Assembly: GCA_965205015.1 (NCBI GenBank)
Contig: OZ242029.1
Span: 3,360,001 to 3,424,000 of the forward strand
Reading direction: 5' to 3'
Length of the DNA: 64,000 nt
Source: Candidatus Poribacteria bacterium
GTDB taxonomy: Bacteria > Poribacteria > WGA-4E > WGA-3G
A model generated the notes under the pieces. It was not told where the DNA came from. It was given only the letters and a program-made list of their open reading frames with translations, and searched no databases. How positions within the stretch are numbered: the stretch's first letter is position 1; the number at the start of each line of letters is the position of its first letter. Shown piece by piece: positions 12,915 to 22,153 of this stretch. Position numbers and translations under genes: made by a program.

Positions 12915-13295
12915 CTAATAGACCGCATCTTCATCGAAAACCTTTTCGCCTACGATCTGCGTTGATTCTCCGTCGGGGGAAACTTCTCGAAAGAAGCAGG
13001 AACGATAACCGACATGGCACGCCGCTACTTTCTGCTCAACCTTTATGAGCAGGGCATCACCATCACAATCTATTGCAATAGATTTAACCGTCTGCGTATG
13101 CCCTGAAGTCTCCCCCTTTATCCACAACTTTTGGCGGGAACGGCTCCAGAAGCAGACGCGCCCTGTATTCAGCGTTTCCTTTATCGCTTCTGCGTTCATG
13201 TAACCTAACATCAGGATTTCGTTATTTGTGTCATCTTGAATGATTGCTGCGACTAAACCATCGCGGTCGTACTTAATTTCCGATAGAATTCTCAT
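12915..13295 (-). CDS. hisI: Phosphoribosyl-AMP cyclohydrolase
   Basis: [31 protein letters not shown]. Confidence 0.96.
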   Translation of the reverse strand: MRILSEIKYDRDGLVAAIIQDDTNNEILMLGYMNAEAIKETLNTGRVCFWSRSRQKLWIKGETSGHTQTVKSIAIDCDGDALLIKVEQKVAACHVGYRSCFFREVSPDGESTQIVGEKVFDEDAVY

Positions 13296-13337
13296 CTGGG
13301 TTCTCCTTTACAAATTTTGTCAATCTGCGAACTTTGC

Positions 13338-13378
13338 AAAAAAAATACCTTATGCCGCCGGGATCGGTGTGCATAAGG
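13338..13378 (-). terminator. Attenuator (intrinsic terminator) upstream of hisI
   Basis: Minus strand CCTTATGC...GCATAAGG stem followed by TATTTTTTTT. Confidence 0.85.
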
Positions 13379-13429
13379 CTTCAACAGGACTTAAAAATAA
13401 AAAGTGACGATTTTCAATTTCTATTTCGA

Positions 13430-13531
13430 TTATCTGTTCGAGCGCACACTCCCCCGCAAGCCATTGGACCGCCACCAATGCCAATGGTTAGATATGCGAT
13501 GCAAGCTGGAGTGTGAACCTAAAAATGCCAT
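13430..13531 (-). CDS. His/Trp-rich attenuation leader peptide MAFLGSHSSLHRISNHWHWWRSNGLRGSVRSNR
   Basis: Manually translated 33-aa ORF preceded by AAGGAAAAAGG; HWHWWR cluster; lies between a promoter and a terminator ahead of hisI-trpE-trpG. Confidence 0.8.
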   Translation of the reverse strand: MAFLGSHSSLHRISNHWHWWRSNGLRGSVRSNR

Positions 13532-13596
13532 CCTTTTTCCTTCTCAACAAGGGTTGATGATTACCAAATCTTTGGATGTATCCACATCTACTATTA

Positions 13597-13625
13597 ATAA
13601 TAACATATCTGTTTTGTATTGTCAA
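13597..13625 (-). promoter_or_regulatory. Promoter of leader-hisI-trpE-trpG
   Basis: TTGACA-N17-TATTAT with extended TG. Confidence 0.75.
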
Positions 13626-13645
13626 ATATTTTTTCAAAAAAATAT

Positions 13646-13674
13646 TTGCAGAAAATGGCACAACGTGATATACT
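13646..13674 (+). promoter_or_regulatory. Divergent promoter of the riboswitch locus
   Basis: TTGCAG-N17-TATACT with extended TG. Confidence 0.7.
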
Positions 13675-13702
13675 ATATACATTACAATTAAATAAACGAA
13701 CG

Positions 13703-13860
13703 ATTCAGGTGCCGAATTACGGAGAATAGGGAAGCGCGGTGAGAATCCGCCACGGCCCCGCCACTGTGAACGATCGCAAGTATCCGCTGAAAAAACCACT
13801 GTCAAATCACTGATGGGAAGGTCCAGCGGAAGGATCGGAAGTCAGGAGACCTGCCTGAAT
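13703..13860 (+). ncRNA. Cobalamin riboswitch
   Basis: AATAGGGAA-GCGGTGAGAATCCGC, CCCCGCCACTGT, CCACTG..GGGAAGG, B12 box AAGTCAGGAGACCTGCC; P1 ATTCAGG/CCTGAAT. Confidence 0.93.
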
Positions 13861-13999
13861 TGTGTTTCACGCATCTGCTTTCGCGGGAAAGCGGTGGAAC
13901 GGAACACAGTATCCTGTCAAACGAAAAAGAAATTCTCACATAAGAGATGGAATTCTCTCACACAGTTACAGGATATGCCTTACACAGAGTGTCGCTTCC

Positions 14000-14037
14000 G
14001 CCCCTGTCTTTCCGATGAAAGCAGGGGTTTTTTGTTT
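14000..14037 (+). terminator. Riboswitch expression-platform terminator
   Basis: CCCCTG..TTTC/GAAA..CAGGGG followed by TTTTTTGTTT, just before the RBS (GGAGG) of 14055. Confidence 0.75.
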
Positions 14038-14054
14038 CATTACGGAGGTTTTTA

Positions 14055-15410
14055 ATGAACAAAGTTGTAGCGGCGCGGCTCGCAAGCGCGTCTCAAAAAG
14101 TCGCTCGTCGGCACTTCTCGTGTTATTCACTCCTACTTATCGGTGCGATCCTTTTCACACTCCTCGTGCGTCCCACCTTTGGACAAACAGAGGCCCCAAA
14201 CGCGGCAGTTGTCATAAATGCCTTAACGCATCCCGATCTGGGCATCACCGCCTCGCTCTCACTCATCAATCTGACGGAGCCTAATGAGAGACGGGCTGTT
14301 GACAATGAAATACTCCGCATCGGCTTTGATCCGATATTACGGCGGCGCGCAATTGGTCTCTCTATTTACGGGCATCTCGCCTATGTCACGAGTTTCAACT
14401 TGCCCATCACTGGCGAAACAAGTTCCGGCGACAACATCTATATTATTAACTTGGAAGATCGAGAGTTTGTTGGCGAAATTCCAATCCAAGCGGGCACAAC
14501 GCCGCAGCAAATCGCCTTGGTCAGTGATCAGAAGCTATATGTCACCTGTGCCGCAACGCATGAGGTACACGTCGTTGACATTCCGAATCGCAATGTAATA
14601 AAGGTCCTCACCGGTTCCTTCAACAAACCGACCGGTATCACACGCCTCAATGGCAAAGCCTACGTCGCGAACCCCGCATGGGAGTGGGATCCGGTTGCAC
14701 GGAAAACGACCTATTATGATAGCAGTGTCACAGTGATTGATACGCAGACAGACATCATATTAAAATCCATTCCGGTGCCGACAAATGCAGGGGCGATCAT
14801 CAACGACAACGAATCCACCGTTATTGTCAAGACAACGGGTAATTACAACGATGTCCTGGGGCATCTCGTTCTGATTGACGCAACTACCGATGAGATTATC
14901 GAAACGGTTAAGCTCGGTTTCACGCCTGGTGCCTCTGCCCTTAATTCAGAAAAACAGTTGTTTATCCAAGGCAGTTGGCAAAACCCCGGCTTACTCATCT
15001 ACGATATTGCAGCACAAAACTGGATCCGTGACGAAGATGACACGATCACCAACTTCAGTAACAATGCAGATACACCTATCAGTGGTGGACTGACTTTTGC
15101 ACCCGATGGAAATCTCTATATCATCCAACCCGACTGGTCGGGCGGTGGACAGGATTTCGTTCGCGTCATGGACGTTGCCGATGCCTCTCTCCTGCGATCC
15201 TATCACGTTGGACCCGCTGGCTCTATTTTGGGGTTCGCAACGATTACACCGCGACGTGAAGACATCAACAATGATGGGTTCATCAACATAAAAGATATGA
15301 TAATCGCAGGACGTTTTCTCGGCGACGAAGGTCCCGGGATACGTGCCGATGTCAATGGAGACGAAGTGGTGAATATTCTTGACTTGGTGCTGATCGATCA
15401 GGGACGCTAA
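14055..15410 (+). CDS. Secreted YncE/BtuG-like beta-propeller with C-terminal dockerin-like domain
   Basis: Signal-like N-terminus; repeated blades (KLYVT, KAYVAN, VTVIDT); DINNDGFINIKD...DVNGDEVVNILDL dockerin repeats. Confidence 0.7.
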   Translation: MNKVVAARLASASQKVARRHFSCYSLLLIGAILFTLLVRPTFGQTEAPNAAVVINALTHPDLGITASLSLINLTEPNERRAVDNEILRIGFDPILRRRAIGLSIYGHLAYVTSFNLPITGETSSGDNIYIINLEDREFVGEIPIQAGTTPQQIALVSDQKLYVTCAATHEVHVVDIPNRNVIKVLTGSFNKPTGITRLNGKAYVANPAWEWDPVARKTTYYDSSVTVIDTQTDIILKSIPVPTNAGAIINDNESTVIVKTTGNYNDVLGHLVLIDATTDEIIETVKLGFTPGASALNSEKQLFIQGSWQNPGLLIYDIAAQNWIRDEDDTITNFSNNADTPISGGLTFAPDGNLYIIQPDWSGGGQDFVRVMDVADASLLRSYHVGPAGSILGFATITPRREDINNDGFINIKDMIIAGRFLGDEGPGIRADVNGDEVVNILDLVLIDQGR

Positions 15411-15436
15411 CCTATCATTCGTAGGCGAGGTTTCTA

Positions 15437-17452
15437 ATGGTCATCGCGCATCGGTTATCGGTTATCAGAAGAATAATCGTCAGCCATCAGCAATCAACTA
15501 AAAGCCGACTGCTGATGGCTGATGGCTATAAAGTAGCGCAGGTCTTGTGGGGCTTGCCGCTACTCCTTTCTTTGCTCTGTTGCGCTTCAGCTCCCAAAGC
15601 GGAACCTATCTCATGGGAGGTAACGTTTTTTTCCTTGGGGGCAAAGGTGCAATTTGGAACAACAGCACCGATACGAAACATAAAAGCCTTTAATCCTGAC
15701 GATGTGAGGGTCGCGCAACTCAACTTTCCTGTGCCACCTCGGCAGACGGAATCCCTTTATTTTCAGTGGAGCGAAGGAGAAACCTATCGGTTTGAGGCGA
15801 CCTTATCCACGGGGAACAGTATCGCTCAAAGCGTGACGGCACCGCGAACATACACACAGGGAAATTTAGAGATTGCTCTACCCTATGGTGCCGCGATTGA
15901 GACGGATTTAAGTAAGCCATCAGAAATTGATCAGAAGGCACTTGTTTTGCATGAAAGTGAAATGACAGCCACGGTCCTCGTCACAAACGGGAACGTCCCA
16001 ACGACCTTTGATCTCGAACTTTGTCTACCATCAACCGTCACAGCCGTTCGCTTTCCAGAAGATTGGAAGACAAAAAAAATGGAGTCGAAAACGTGCCTCT
16101 CCGTCACCAGTAGACTTGGTGTTGCATCGGAGGTGTGGTACCGTGAGTTAGTGTTGAAAACATCTGCGGCAAACCCATTGGATAGACAAGAGATTTCAGG
16201 CACTGTCCGTTTCACAACGGATGCAGGACAGATATGGGAACAACAAGCGACCGTGCAACTGCGGATCGCAACTGTTTCTGAGATTGCCGAACACCTCTCC
16301 ATCGAATCCATTGAGATGCCTACAGACGCAACGGGGACGGTCGATCCGAAGCAGCGAGAAAATACCATCTACTATCCACGCCCCTTATTCAGTTGGCTCC
16401 AAACATCACAGACCAATGCGTTCGAGCCGGTAACTTATCAGACAGTCCGACTCCGCAACGGCGGTGAAGAAACAATCCACGTGGTTGTGTCTTCAACGAA
16501 CACGGATACGAAAAGTGGCGAAACTATCCCCTTTCTTGCACCTCCAGAGACAACGAACGGTGGGGTGAATCAGAGCGTAGCGTTTGCGAGTCTGCCGGGT
16601 GGCACGGTTACAGAAATTCCGCTGCCTCTCTATTTCCATCCAGTGTATTTAAGTCAGGGTAAAATGGAGCAGGCGATCCCTGGGGCGTATAAACGTGACG
16701 TTACGGTAAAGGTTTGGGGAAGCGATGCGACAATTCTTCGCCAACAACGTCCACTTCACCTAATCGTTCCAAACCAGCAAGCGTTGCTCGTGAGTCTATT
16801 GGCAATCATCAGCAGTTGCATCGGTTTTGCAATTGTCTTGCGGTTCCATGAGCGACTTTTCGCGGGTTTCACAACAAAGCATCTCATTGTGATTGCCCTG
16901 TTCAGCACAACGGTTTTTGTGGCGGTGATGGTTCCGTCAACCCTGTTCCTTAATTTAGTCCGTGCCATCTTAGGTCCGTTCTCTGTACTGCTAATTGGCT
17001 TAATCAACGAGACGCTCTACTACGCCTTATTGACAGCATTGCTGATTTACATCACTGGAGACCCCAGAAACGCTGAGACGACAAATCATGTCCGCGTGAA
17101 AGGGAGTGGTGTAATCCTGCTTGTCTCTGCGGTACGTCTGCTTCTTGGAGGCGTAACGTTCGGGCTTTTCACACCGATGGCAATCGTCTATACCGGCACA
17201 AGTGTCCTCTTATTGGAAACGGGATTCTTACTTGTGCGGGATCGCCATCTACTGGCGTGGGCAGTCGTATTAGGCATCTGCGACGCCCTCTCTGGTTATG
17301 TCGATTTGCAGCTTTCTATACTCTTCTATCGGCTTTTCTACGCTGATTGGTATATTGTTCTCCGAATTTTAATAGAGGGGTTCGTCTATACATTTATCGG
17401 TGTCCTTCTCGGGGCGCGGTTGGGGAGAGGTTTATGGCGTGTAGCAGAATAG
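15437..17452 (+). CDS. Membrane protein with large extracytoplasmic domain and C-terminal multi-TM (ECF S-component-like) domain; start uncertain (alternative 15515)
   Basis: About 6-7 hydrophobic helices in the last ~220 aa; first ~30 codons lie in a heptamer repeat element. Confidence 0.6.
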   Translation: MVIAHRLSVIRRIIVSHQQSTKSRLLMADGYKVAQVLWGLPLLLSLLCCASAPKAEPISWEVTFFSLGAKVQFGTTAPIRNIKAFNPDDVRVAQLNFPVPPRQTESLYFQWSEGETYRFEATLSTGNSIAQSVTAPRTYTQGNLEIALPYGAAIETDLSKPSEIDQKALVLHESEMTATVLVTNGNVPTTFDLELCLPSTVTAVRFPEDWKTKKMESKTCLSVTSRLGVASEVWYRELVLKTSAANPLDRQEISGTVRFTTDAGQIWEQQATVQLRIATVSEIAEHLSIESIEMPTDATGTVDPKQRENTIYYPRPLFSWLQTSQTNAFEPVTYQTVRLRNGGEETIHVVVSSTNTDTKSGETIPFLAPPETTNGGVNQSVAFASLPGGTVTEIPLPLYFHPVYLSQGKMEQAIPGAYKRDVTVKVWGSDATILRQQRPLHLIVPNQQALLVSLLAIISSCIGFAIVLRFHERLFAGFTTKHLIVIALFSTTVFVAVMVPSTLFLNLVRAILGPFSVLLIGLINETLYYALLTALLIYITGDPRNAETTNHVRVKGSGVILLVSAVRLLLGGVTFGLFTPMAIVYTGTSVLLLETGFLLVRDRHLLAWAVVLGICDALSGYVDLQLSILFYRLFYADWYIVLRILIEGFVYTFIGVLLGARLGRGLWRVAE

Positions 17453-17540
17453 TTTTTTAATTATACCTTGCGGATAAGTAGTGTGGTCTGGAACTTGAAG
17501 ATTTTGGTTTCGAGTCGCCTGCGCCGTTGTTGCAGGCTAC
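17453..17540 (-). repeat. Dispersed 'CCGCAAGG' element, copy B
   Basis: GTAGCCTGCAACAACGGCGCAGGCGACTCGAA...ACTTATCCGCAAGGTATAATTAAAAAA. Confidence 0.8.
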
Positions 17541-17666
17541 GTTTTTGGTGAAGAAGTCAGGAATCGAAATTCCCTTCTACGCGTCTAAGAATTGATAGCC
17601 ATAAATTTGTGATTTGACGACACAGAAAACTTGGAAACTCACAATACAAACACAAGGAATGTCATA

Positions 17667-19358
17667 ATGAAGCGAATTCAATTTTTGAGTCTACTTTGGT
17701 TGGTTATTACCTTACCGCTTAACGTCGCAACAGCGGATATGAGCGTCACTTGGGTCCGGACAGGCGTAATATTTGAAACGGAACACAGAAACGACGTTGA
17801 AGACGAAATCGGCATCGCATGGGAGACGAGCGGCACAACGCACGACATCGTCGAAAGACCGACAATCCAAAGGCTTGATGCAAACCGTGTTTTGTTCCCA
17901 TTGGTATGGCAACCGAACCAGACTTACCAATTTCACTTGAATGATAGCGAAACAACGGCAACGTCACCACTGAAACCTGAATCGTATCTCGTCCGCACGG
18001 TTGAATTAGATGAACTTTTATCGCTGATGGAAAACCTTCGGCAGCCTGCGAAACCCACGGCACTCGCCTTAGGACACGGAGATACCCCTCCATTAGCAAT
18101 TGCAACCGATAGCGGACACCTCGCAATACTCGAACCTTTGACCGGTGAAATTCTCTGGAAAACTCGTGTCTCGGAAGGCTATGTGAGGCAGATAGCGTTC
18201 AGTCCCGATAATACGCAACTCTACATTGGTGAACAGGCGGCAGATGGATTTGTCTACTGCTACGATCTAACGACCGATAAACCGACGCTTCGCTGGAAAT
18301 ACCGCACTGCTGATGACATCGAAACCTCCATGCCAAGTAATCCTGACAGCGTCTACGCGTGGGTAAGCTACCCCGGTCAATCGTGTATGCAAGCGTTGGC
18401 GAATGGAGACCTTTTGGTGGCGAGCGTGCACTCGTGGACAGAGAATAACACGCCGCTTAAGAAATCTCAACTCTACAGATTCAGTGGGGAAACGGGAGAT
18501 ACTATCTGGAAATGGCCCCGTGAAGGCGCGGTGCCAAAAATAATACGCTGGTTTGACGTAAGTGCTGACGGAAAAACACTCGCACTCCTAACGGATAGTG
18601 GGCATAACCTACAAGGAAGTGCAACAGATGAAGACGATGCTGGTAACGGAAAGCTCACTGTTCTCAATGCAGAAGATGGAATGGAAAAGTGGCACATGGA
18701 TATTCAACCGCTACGCGAGTATTTCTCACAAGTCACATTCTGGCGCGGGGTCAGCATGTCTCCCGATGGTAGGTTCATTAATGTAGCAACGGACGATGGT
18801 CGTGCCTTTATCTTTGACGTGGATACGTCGGAGCCGATCTGGCAGGAAAACCTTGCGACGCCACTGGAGGTCAGTGGCATCCCTATTATCGCAACGACTG
18901 GCACAATCGGTGCGACGGATGCCGCTGCACTCTTTGTTACAGGGGATACTTATATCCCATATCATCTCCGGAAGGGGGCACAGAAGCCATCGGTGGGACA
19001 TCCCAACGGGATGACACTGTTTGCCTATTCGTGGCGTGGCGAGAAAATCTGGCAGTGGAAACTTGAGAATATGCCACAAGGCTTACGCATTGACGCTCAG
19101 GATCGTTATGCCGTGCTATCGGTTTCCAAACGAGCCCAGGATCCGAATGAAAGCCTCCATGGGATGTCAGTGTTTGATCTGACAGCGGAGGGCAGCGGCT
19201 TGGCGAAATACCTATACACCTACCGCACAGAGGGGCAATTGCCTTACGACACACTCGCGATCAGTGAAGAGGGTGCTTTGATCGTTGTCGTTGAGGTCCC
19301 GATCGCAATGTCAGACGAAACCGTTCGTGGAAAGAGTCGGGTACATGTGCTGTATTGA
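17667..19358 (+). CDS. Secreted PQQ-like/WD40 beta-propeller protein
   Basis: Signal peptide; repeated 'TGEILWK', 'GDTIWKW', 'GEKIWQW', 'FSPD', 'MSPDG' blades. Confidence 0.7.
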   Translation: MKRIQFLSLLWLVITLPLNVATADMSVTWVRTGVIFETEHRNDVEDEIGIAWETSGTTHDIVERPTIQRLDANRVLFPLVWQPNQTYQFHLNDSETTATSPLKPESYLVRTVELDELLSLMENLRQPAKPTALALGHGDTPPLAIATDSGHLAILEPLTGEILWKTRVSEGYVRQIAFSPDNTQLYIGEQAADGFVYCYDLTTDKPTLRWKYRTADDIETSMPSNPDSVYAWVSYPGQSCMQALANGDLLVASVHSWTENNTPLKKSQLYRFSGETGDTIWKWPREGAVPKIIRWFDVSADGKTLALLTDSGHNLQGSATDEDDAGNGKLTVLNAEDGMEKWHMDIQPLREYFSQVTFWRGVSMSPDGRFINVATDDGRAFIFDVDTSEPIWQENLATPLEVSGIPIIATTGTIGATDAAALFVTGDTYIPYHLRKGAQKPSVGHPNGMTLFAYSWRGEKIWQWKLENMPQGLRIDAQDRYAVLSVSKRAQDPNESLHGMSVFDLTAEGSGLAKYLYTYRTEGQLPYDTLAISEEGALIVVVEVPIAMSDETVRGKSRVHVLY

Positions 19359-19482
19359 TCTGTCCCAAGAATGACCTCGGTAATCTGTTGTGCTATAAAC
19401 GCCGCATCTGCCGTTAATTGCAGTATAGCAATTGCTATACGTAATTCCCGTTTTGCCCAGAGATGAAGCAGCACCAAAAAGT

Positions 19483-19513
19483 GTAGGGGAACAACACCCC
19501 TGTTGTTCCCCTG
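19483..19513. repeat. GTAG REP-like hairpin
   Basis: GTAGGGGAACAACA-cccc-TGTTGTTCCCCT. Confidence 0.6.
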
Positions 19514-19563
19514 ATCGCAACTTCAAAACAATATACGAAAATCCTGAAAACGACTACGCCTGT

Positions 19564-19761
19564 TTACTGTGACACCGCATTCTGAGCGACCGCGTTTTGC
19601 GTTGATACAATCACACCTTGCAGTGCCTGAAAATAACTCATTTCAGCCATCTTGATTGCGTGCGTATCTCCGCTTGCGCGTGCCCGTCTGAGTGCTTCCC
19701 AACTCAATGCCAGCATCCGGTTCGTTTGCTCTAAAATTCGCCAATCCGTATTCGAAATCAT
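19564..19761 (-). CDS. Small helical hypothetical protein (65 aa)
   Basis: SD-like GGGGGA before ATG; 20 bp downstream of the RHH gene. Confidence 0.6.
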   Translation of the reverse strand: MISNTDWRILEQTNRMLALSWEALRRARASGDTHAIKMAEMSYFQALQGVIVSTQNAVAQNAVSQ

Positions 19762-19781
19762 GGAATCCCCCGAAATGTGTT

Positions 19782-20021
19782 TTACGCTATCGGCGGTTTG
19801 TTGTTCCGCTCAAACAGCGCGTTCAACGCCTCACTCAGCAGGTCTTGAATACTCGTGTCCTTCTCAATCGCGAGCATTTTCAACTGCCGATGCACATCCT
19901 TGTCGAAATGCCCAGAAATCATCTTTTTGCCCTGACGGGATGGCGGCACCAGTGGATTCGGTTTCGGTGTCGTCTCAACGGCACCCCCACCCTCGCCTGA
20001 CGGAATTGTTGCTGTTTTCAT
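19782..20021 (-). CDS. Ribbon-helix-helix protein (ParG/antitoxin-like)
   Basis: PPSRQGKKMISGHFDKDVHRQLKMLAIEKDTSIQDLLSEALNALF; GGAGG RBS. Confidence 0.75.
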   Translation of the reverse strand: MKTATIPSGEGGGAVETTPKPNPLVPPSRQGKKMISGHFDKDVHRQLKMLAIEKDTSIQDLLSEALNALFERNNKPPIA

Positions 20022-20034
20022 AGATGTATGCCTC

Positions 20035-20074
20035 CATACATGTCCACATGCGAACATGTATACATGTATGAAAG
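20035..20074. promoter_or_regulatory. 8-bp-period ACATG array (putative RHH operator)
   Basis: catACATG tccACATG cgaACATG tatACATG directly upstream of the RHH RBS. Confidence 0.6.
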
Positions 20075-20275
20075 TATATTACGTTAGTTTTAAAAATCAG
20101 TTTCAGGTGCGTGAAAATTTTTCTCGATTTTCGGCTTCCATACCTGGATGGGAGATTGGAACGCGCTGGTTTTTTCTTGATAAAGACCGGCGTAACTATT
20201 AAAATAGCAACGTGTATCACAACATTTTCGCTAATTTTGAGACGAGTGATGAGAAATAGCAAAGGGGTGAACAAA

Positions 20276-21109
20276 ATGAGAAGATACTTCTGGGTGCTCA
20301 CGGTTTCTGCATTTTGTGTTTTGACTTTCGATGCGACCGCTCAAGTGACGAAGGGTTTACACTTCTATATGCCGTTTAATGAAGGCAAAGGCGATATTGC
20401 CAAGGATGTCGGTCCGAAAGGATTTGAAGCAGAGCTTCACGACAGCGCGAAATTCGTTGCCAAGGGTAAGGTGGGAAGTGCAATTGAATTTTCGGAGGGT
20501 CCGGCACTGATAATTGATCCAGGTGGTCAGAGCGAACTTTACGTGGAACACCTGACCGTTGCGGTTTGGATACATCCTTTTGAAATATCAAAGATTGGTC
20601 TGGGTGACGGACACGTCTATGGGAATATCTTTTACGACAAATCGGGCACAAGCGACGACAACGTTGAATTTGGACTCGGTAGCGGGGAAGGATTGTATTG
20701 GTATATCAATTCAGGACAGAAGAAGATGGGTCCCTTTAACGGTGCAGATGTTGACACAACACTTTCGCTCCCTAACTTGGGTTTAAAGCCTAAAAACTGG
20801 TATCATGTCGTTGGGACCTTTGACGGAGAGAAAATTCAGATTTACCTTGATGGGGAACTGGCGGGTGAGAAAGATGTGCCAAATAATGGTCCTGTAATGG
20901 TTTGGAATGATAACAACATTGAAATCGGGGGCAGACCTGATACAAACGGCGGTGCGAATCTCTACAAGGGCATGCTTGACGAATTGGCGGTATACGATCG
21001 CGCGTTAACGCCGGAAGAGGTTGTAACGGTCATGAATGCCAAAGATATTCTAACCGTGGACATTGCAGGCAAATTGACAACGACATGGGGTGCGCTCAAA
21101 ATAAAGTAG
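20276..21109 (+). CDS. Secreted LamG-like (concanavalin A) domain protein
   Basis: Signal peptide; WYHVVGTFDG..IYLDG, GMLDELAVYDRAL; C-terminal GKLTTTWGALK. Confidence 0.85.
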   Translation: MRRYFWVLTVSAFCVLTFDATAQVTKGLHFYMPFNEGKGDIAKDVGPKGFEAELHDSAKFVAKGKVGSAIEFSEGPALIIDPGGQSELYVEHLTVAVWIHPFEISKIGLGDGHVYGNIFYDKSGTSDDNVEFGLGSGEGLYWYINSGQKKMGPFNGADVDTTLSLPNLGLKPKNWYHVVGTFDGEKIQIYLDGELAGEKDVPNNGPVMVWNDNNIEIGGRPDTNGGANLYKGMLDELAVYDRALTPEEVVTVMNAKDILTVDIAGKLTTTWGALKIK

Positions 21110-21122
21110 GCGGGTTTGCCGA

Positions 21123-21554
21123 TTAGGGAATATCGTATTCGAGAATGGGACCTCCTTCCCATTCTCGCCACTCCGTATCGTTTTCGTAGAAATCCGCCAT
21201 CTCCTTCGCTTGTTCGCTTAAAATACGGTCTCTTTCCTCTTTTGGTAATTGCGGAAATCTACGACGTTCACTAAGTGATCCATCAGAAAGTGGATCCACG
21301 GTGTCGTTCAGGAGCTCATCGATTCCTATATTACAAGATGATTCACCGAGCAATTGGGAAGGCTTAACCCCAAGGGCAGAAGCAATCTGATTAAGAACTA
21401 TCGCTGTCGGTTGCAATTCTCCACGTTCATACTTTGACAGCATTTGACTGTTAACTAATCCATCAATTGCAGACGCTAAGTCCCCGAGCGACATACCACG
21501 GATAACTCTAAATCTTTTCAGTTGTTCTCCGAACATGATTACAATATCCTTCAT
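21123..21554 (-). CDS. XRE-family HTH transcriptional regulator
   Basis: GEQLKRFR..GMSLGDLA...LSKYERG...IASALGV. Confidence 0.75.
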   Translation of the reverse strand: MKDIVIMFGEQLKRFRVIRGMSLGDLASAIDGLVNSQMLSKYERGELQPTAIVLNQIASALGVKPSQLLGESSCNIGIDELLNDTVDPLSDGSLSERRRFPQLPKEERDRILSEQAKEMADFYENDTEWREWEGGPILEYDIP

Positions 21555-21556
21555 TT

Positions 21557-22153
21557 TTAGAACGGGATGTCATCAGATTCATCAGGTGTTACAAGCCCTA
21601 GGTCGGTTAGAAACAAGAGGACGCTTTCGATATCATCTTCACTCACGTTCCAACCATACTCTTCGGCCACCTGTTTAACCTTTCCTACTTTACTTTCCCC
21701 TTCCCAACTCACAATGTAATGCACTTTCGCCGCAATGGAAAGTTTGTTAAAGTCCTGGGATATTCCGGGTTTATTGATTGCTTGGAGTGCTTTATACCAT
21801 TTTCGGTACTCAGGCTTTTGCTGAGCGGTTTTCCATATCTTTTCGGCATCATCAGTCAGAGAATAGGTATGCCTCCGAATTTCGCCGAAAGTGTTCCGCT
21901 CAACCGAAGTATTAATAAAAGATTCCGTGACTTCCTTGATGACACCATAGTTTACCAAACCATCTAAATGCTCCGCAACGAAGCTACTATAAGGTCCGTA
22001 ATAGTGTGCGGAGAACCCGAAATTTTCTTTGCACAGTACGCTTAGAAAATAAATTTTCTTTTGAAGGAGAGTTCTCCCTTGTAACTCCTCCCCAGGTTCA
22101 CCTTTGATAACAAGTAGAAGGATGTCAACAATGTGCATGTTATCTCCTTTCAT
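21557..22153 (-). CDS. YwgA-like / SocA(Panacea)-like protein
   Basis: GRTLLQKKIYFL...FSAHYYGPYS motif; overlaps the stop of the HD gene. Confidence 0.6.
   Translation of the reverse strand: MKGDNMHIVDILLLVIKGEPGEELQGRTLLQKKIYFLSVLCKENFGFSAHYYGPYSSFVAEHLDGLVNYGVIKEVTESFINTSVERNTFGEIRRHTYSLTDDAEKIWKTAQQKPEYRKWYKALQAINKPGISQDFNKLSIAAKVHYIVSWEGESKVGKVKQVAEEYGWNVSEDDIESVLLFLTDLGLVTPDESDDIPF

Noticed and set aside
13404-13805. ORFs 13404..13691(+), 13488..13805(-) and 13334..13516(+)
   Set aside because: They overlap the leader peptide, promoters and riboswitch; no recognisable protein features
13813-14284. ORFs 13813..14055 and 13862..14284
   Set aside because: They overlap the riboswitch expression platform and the real 14055 gene
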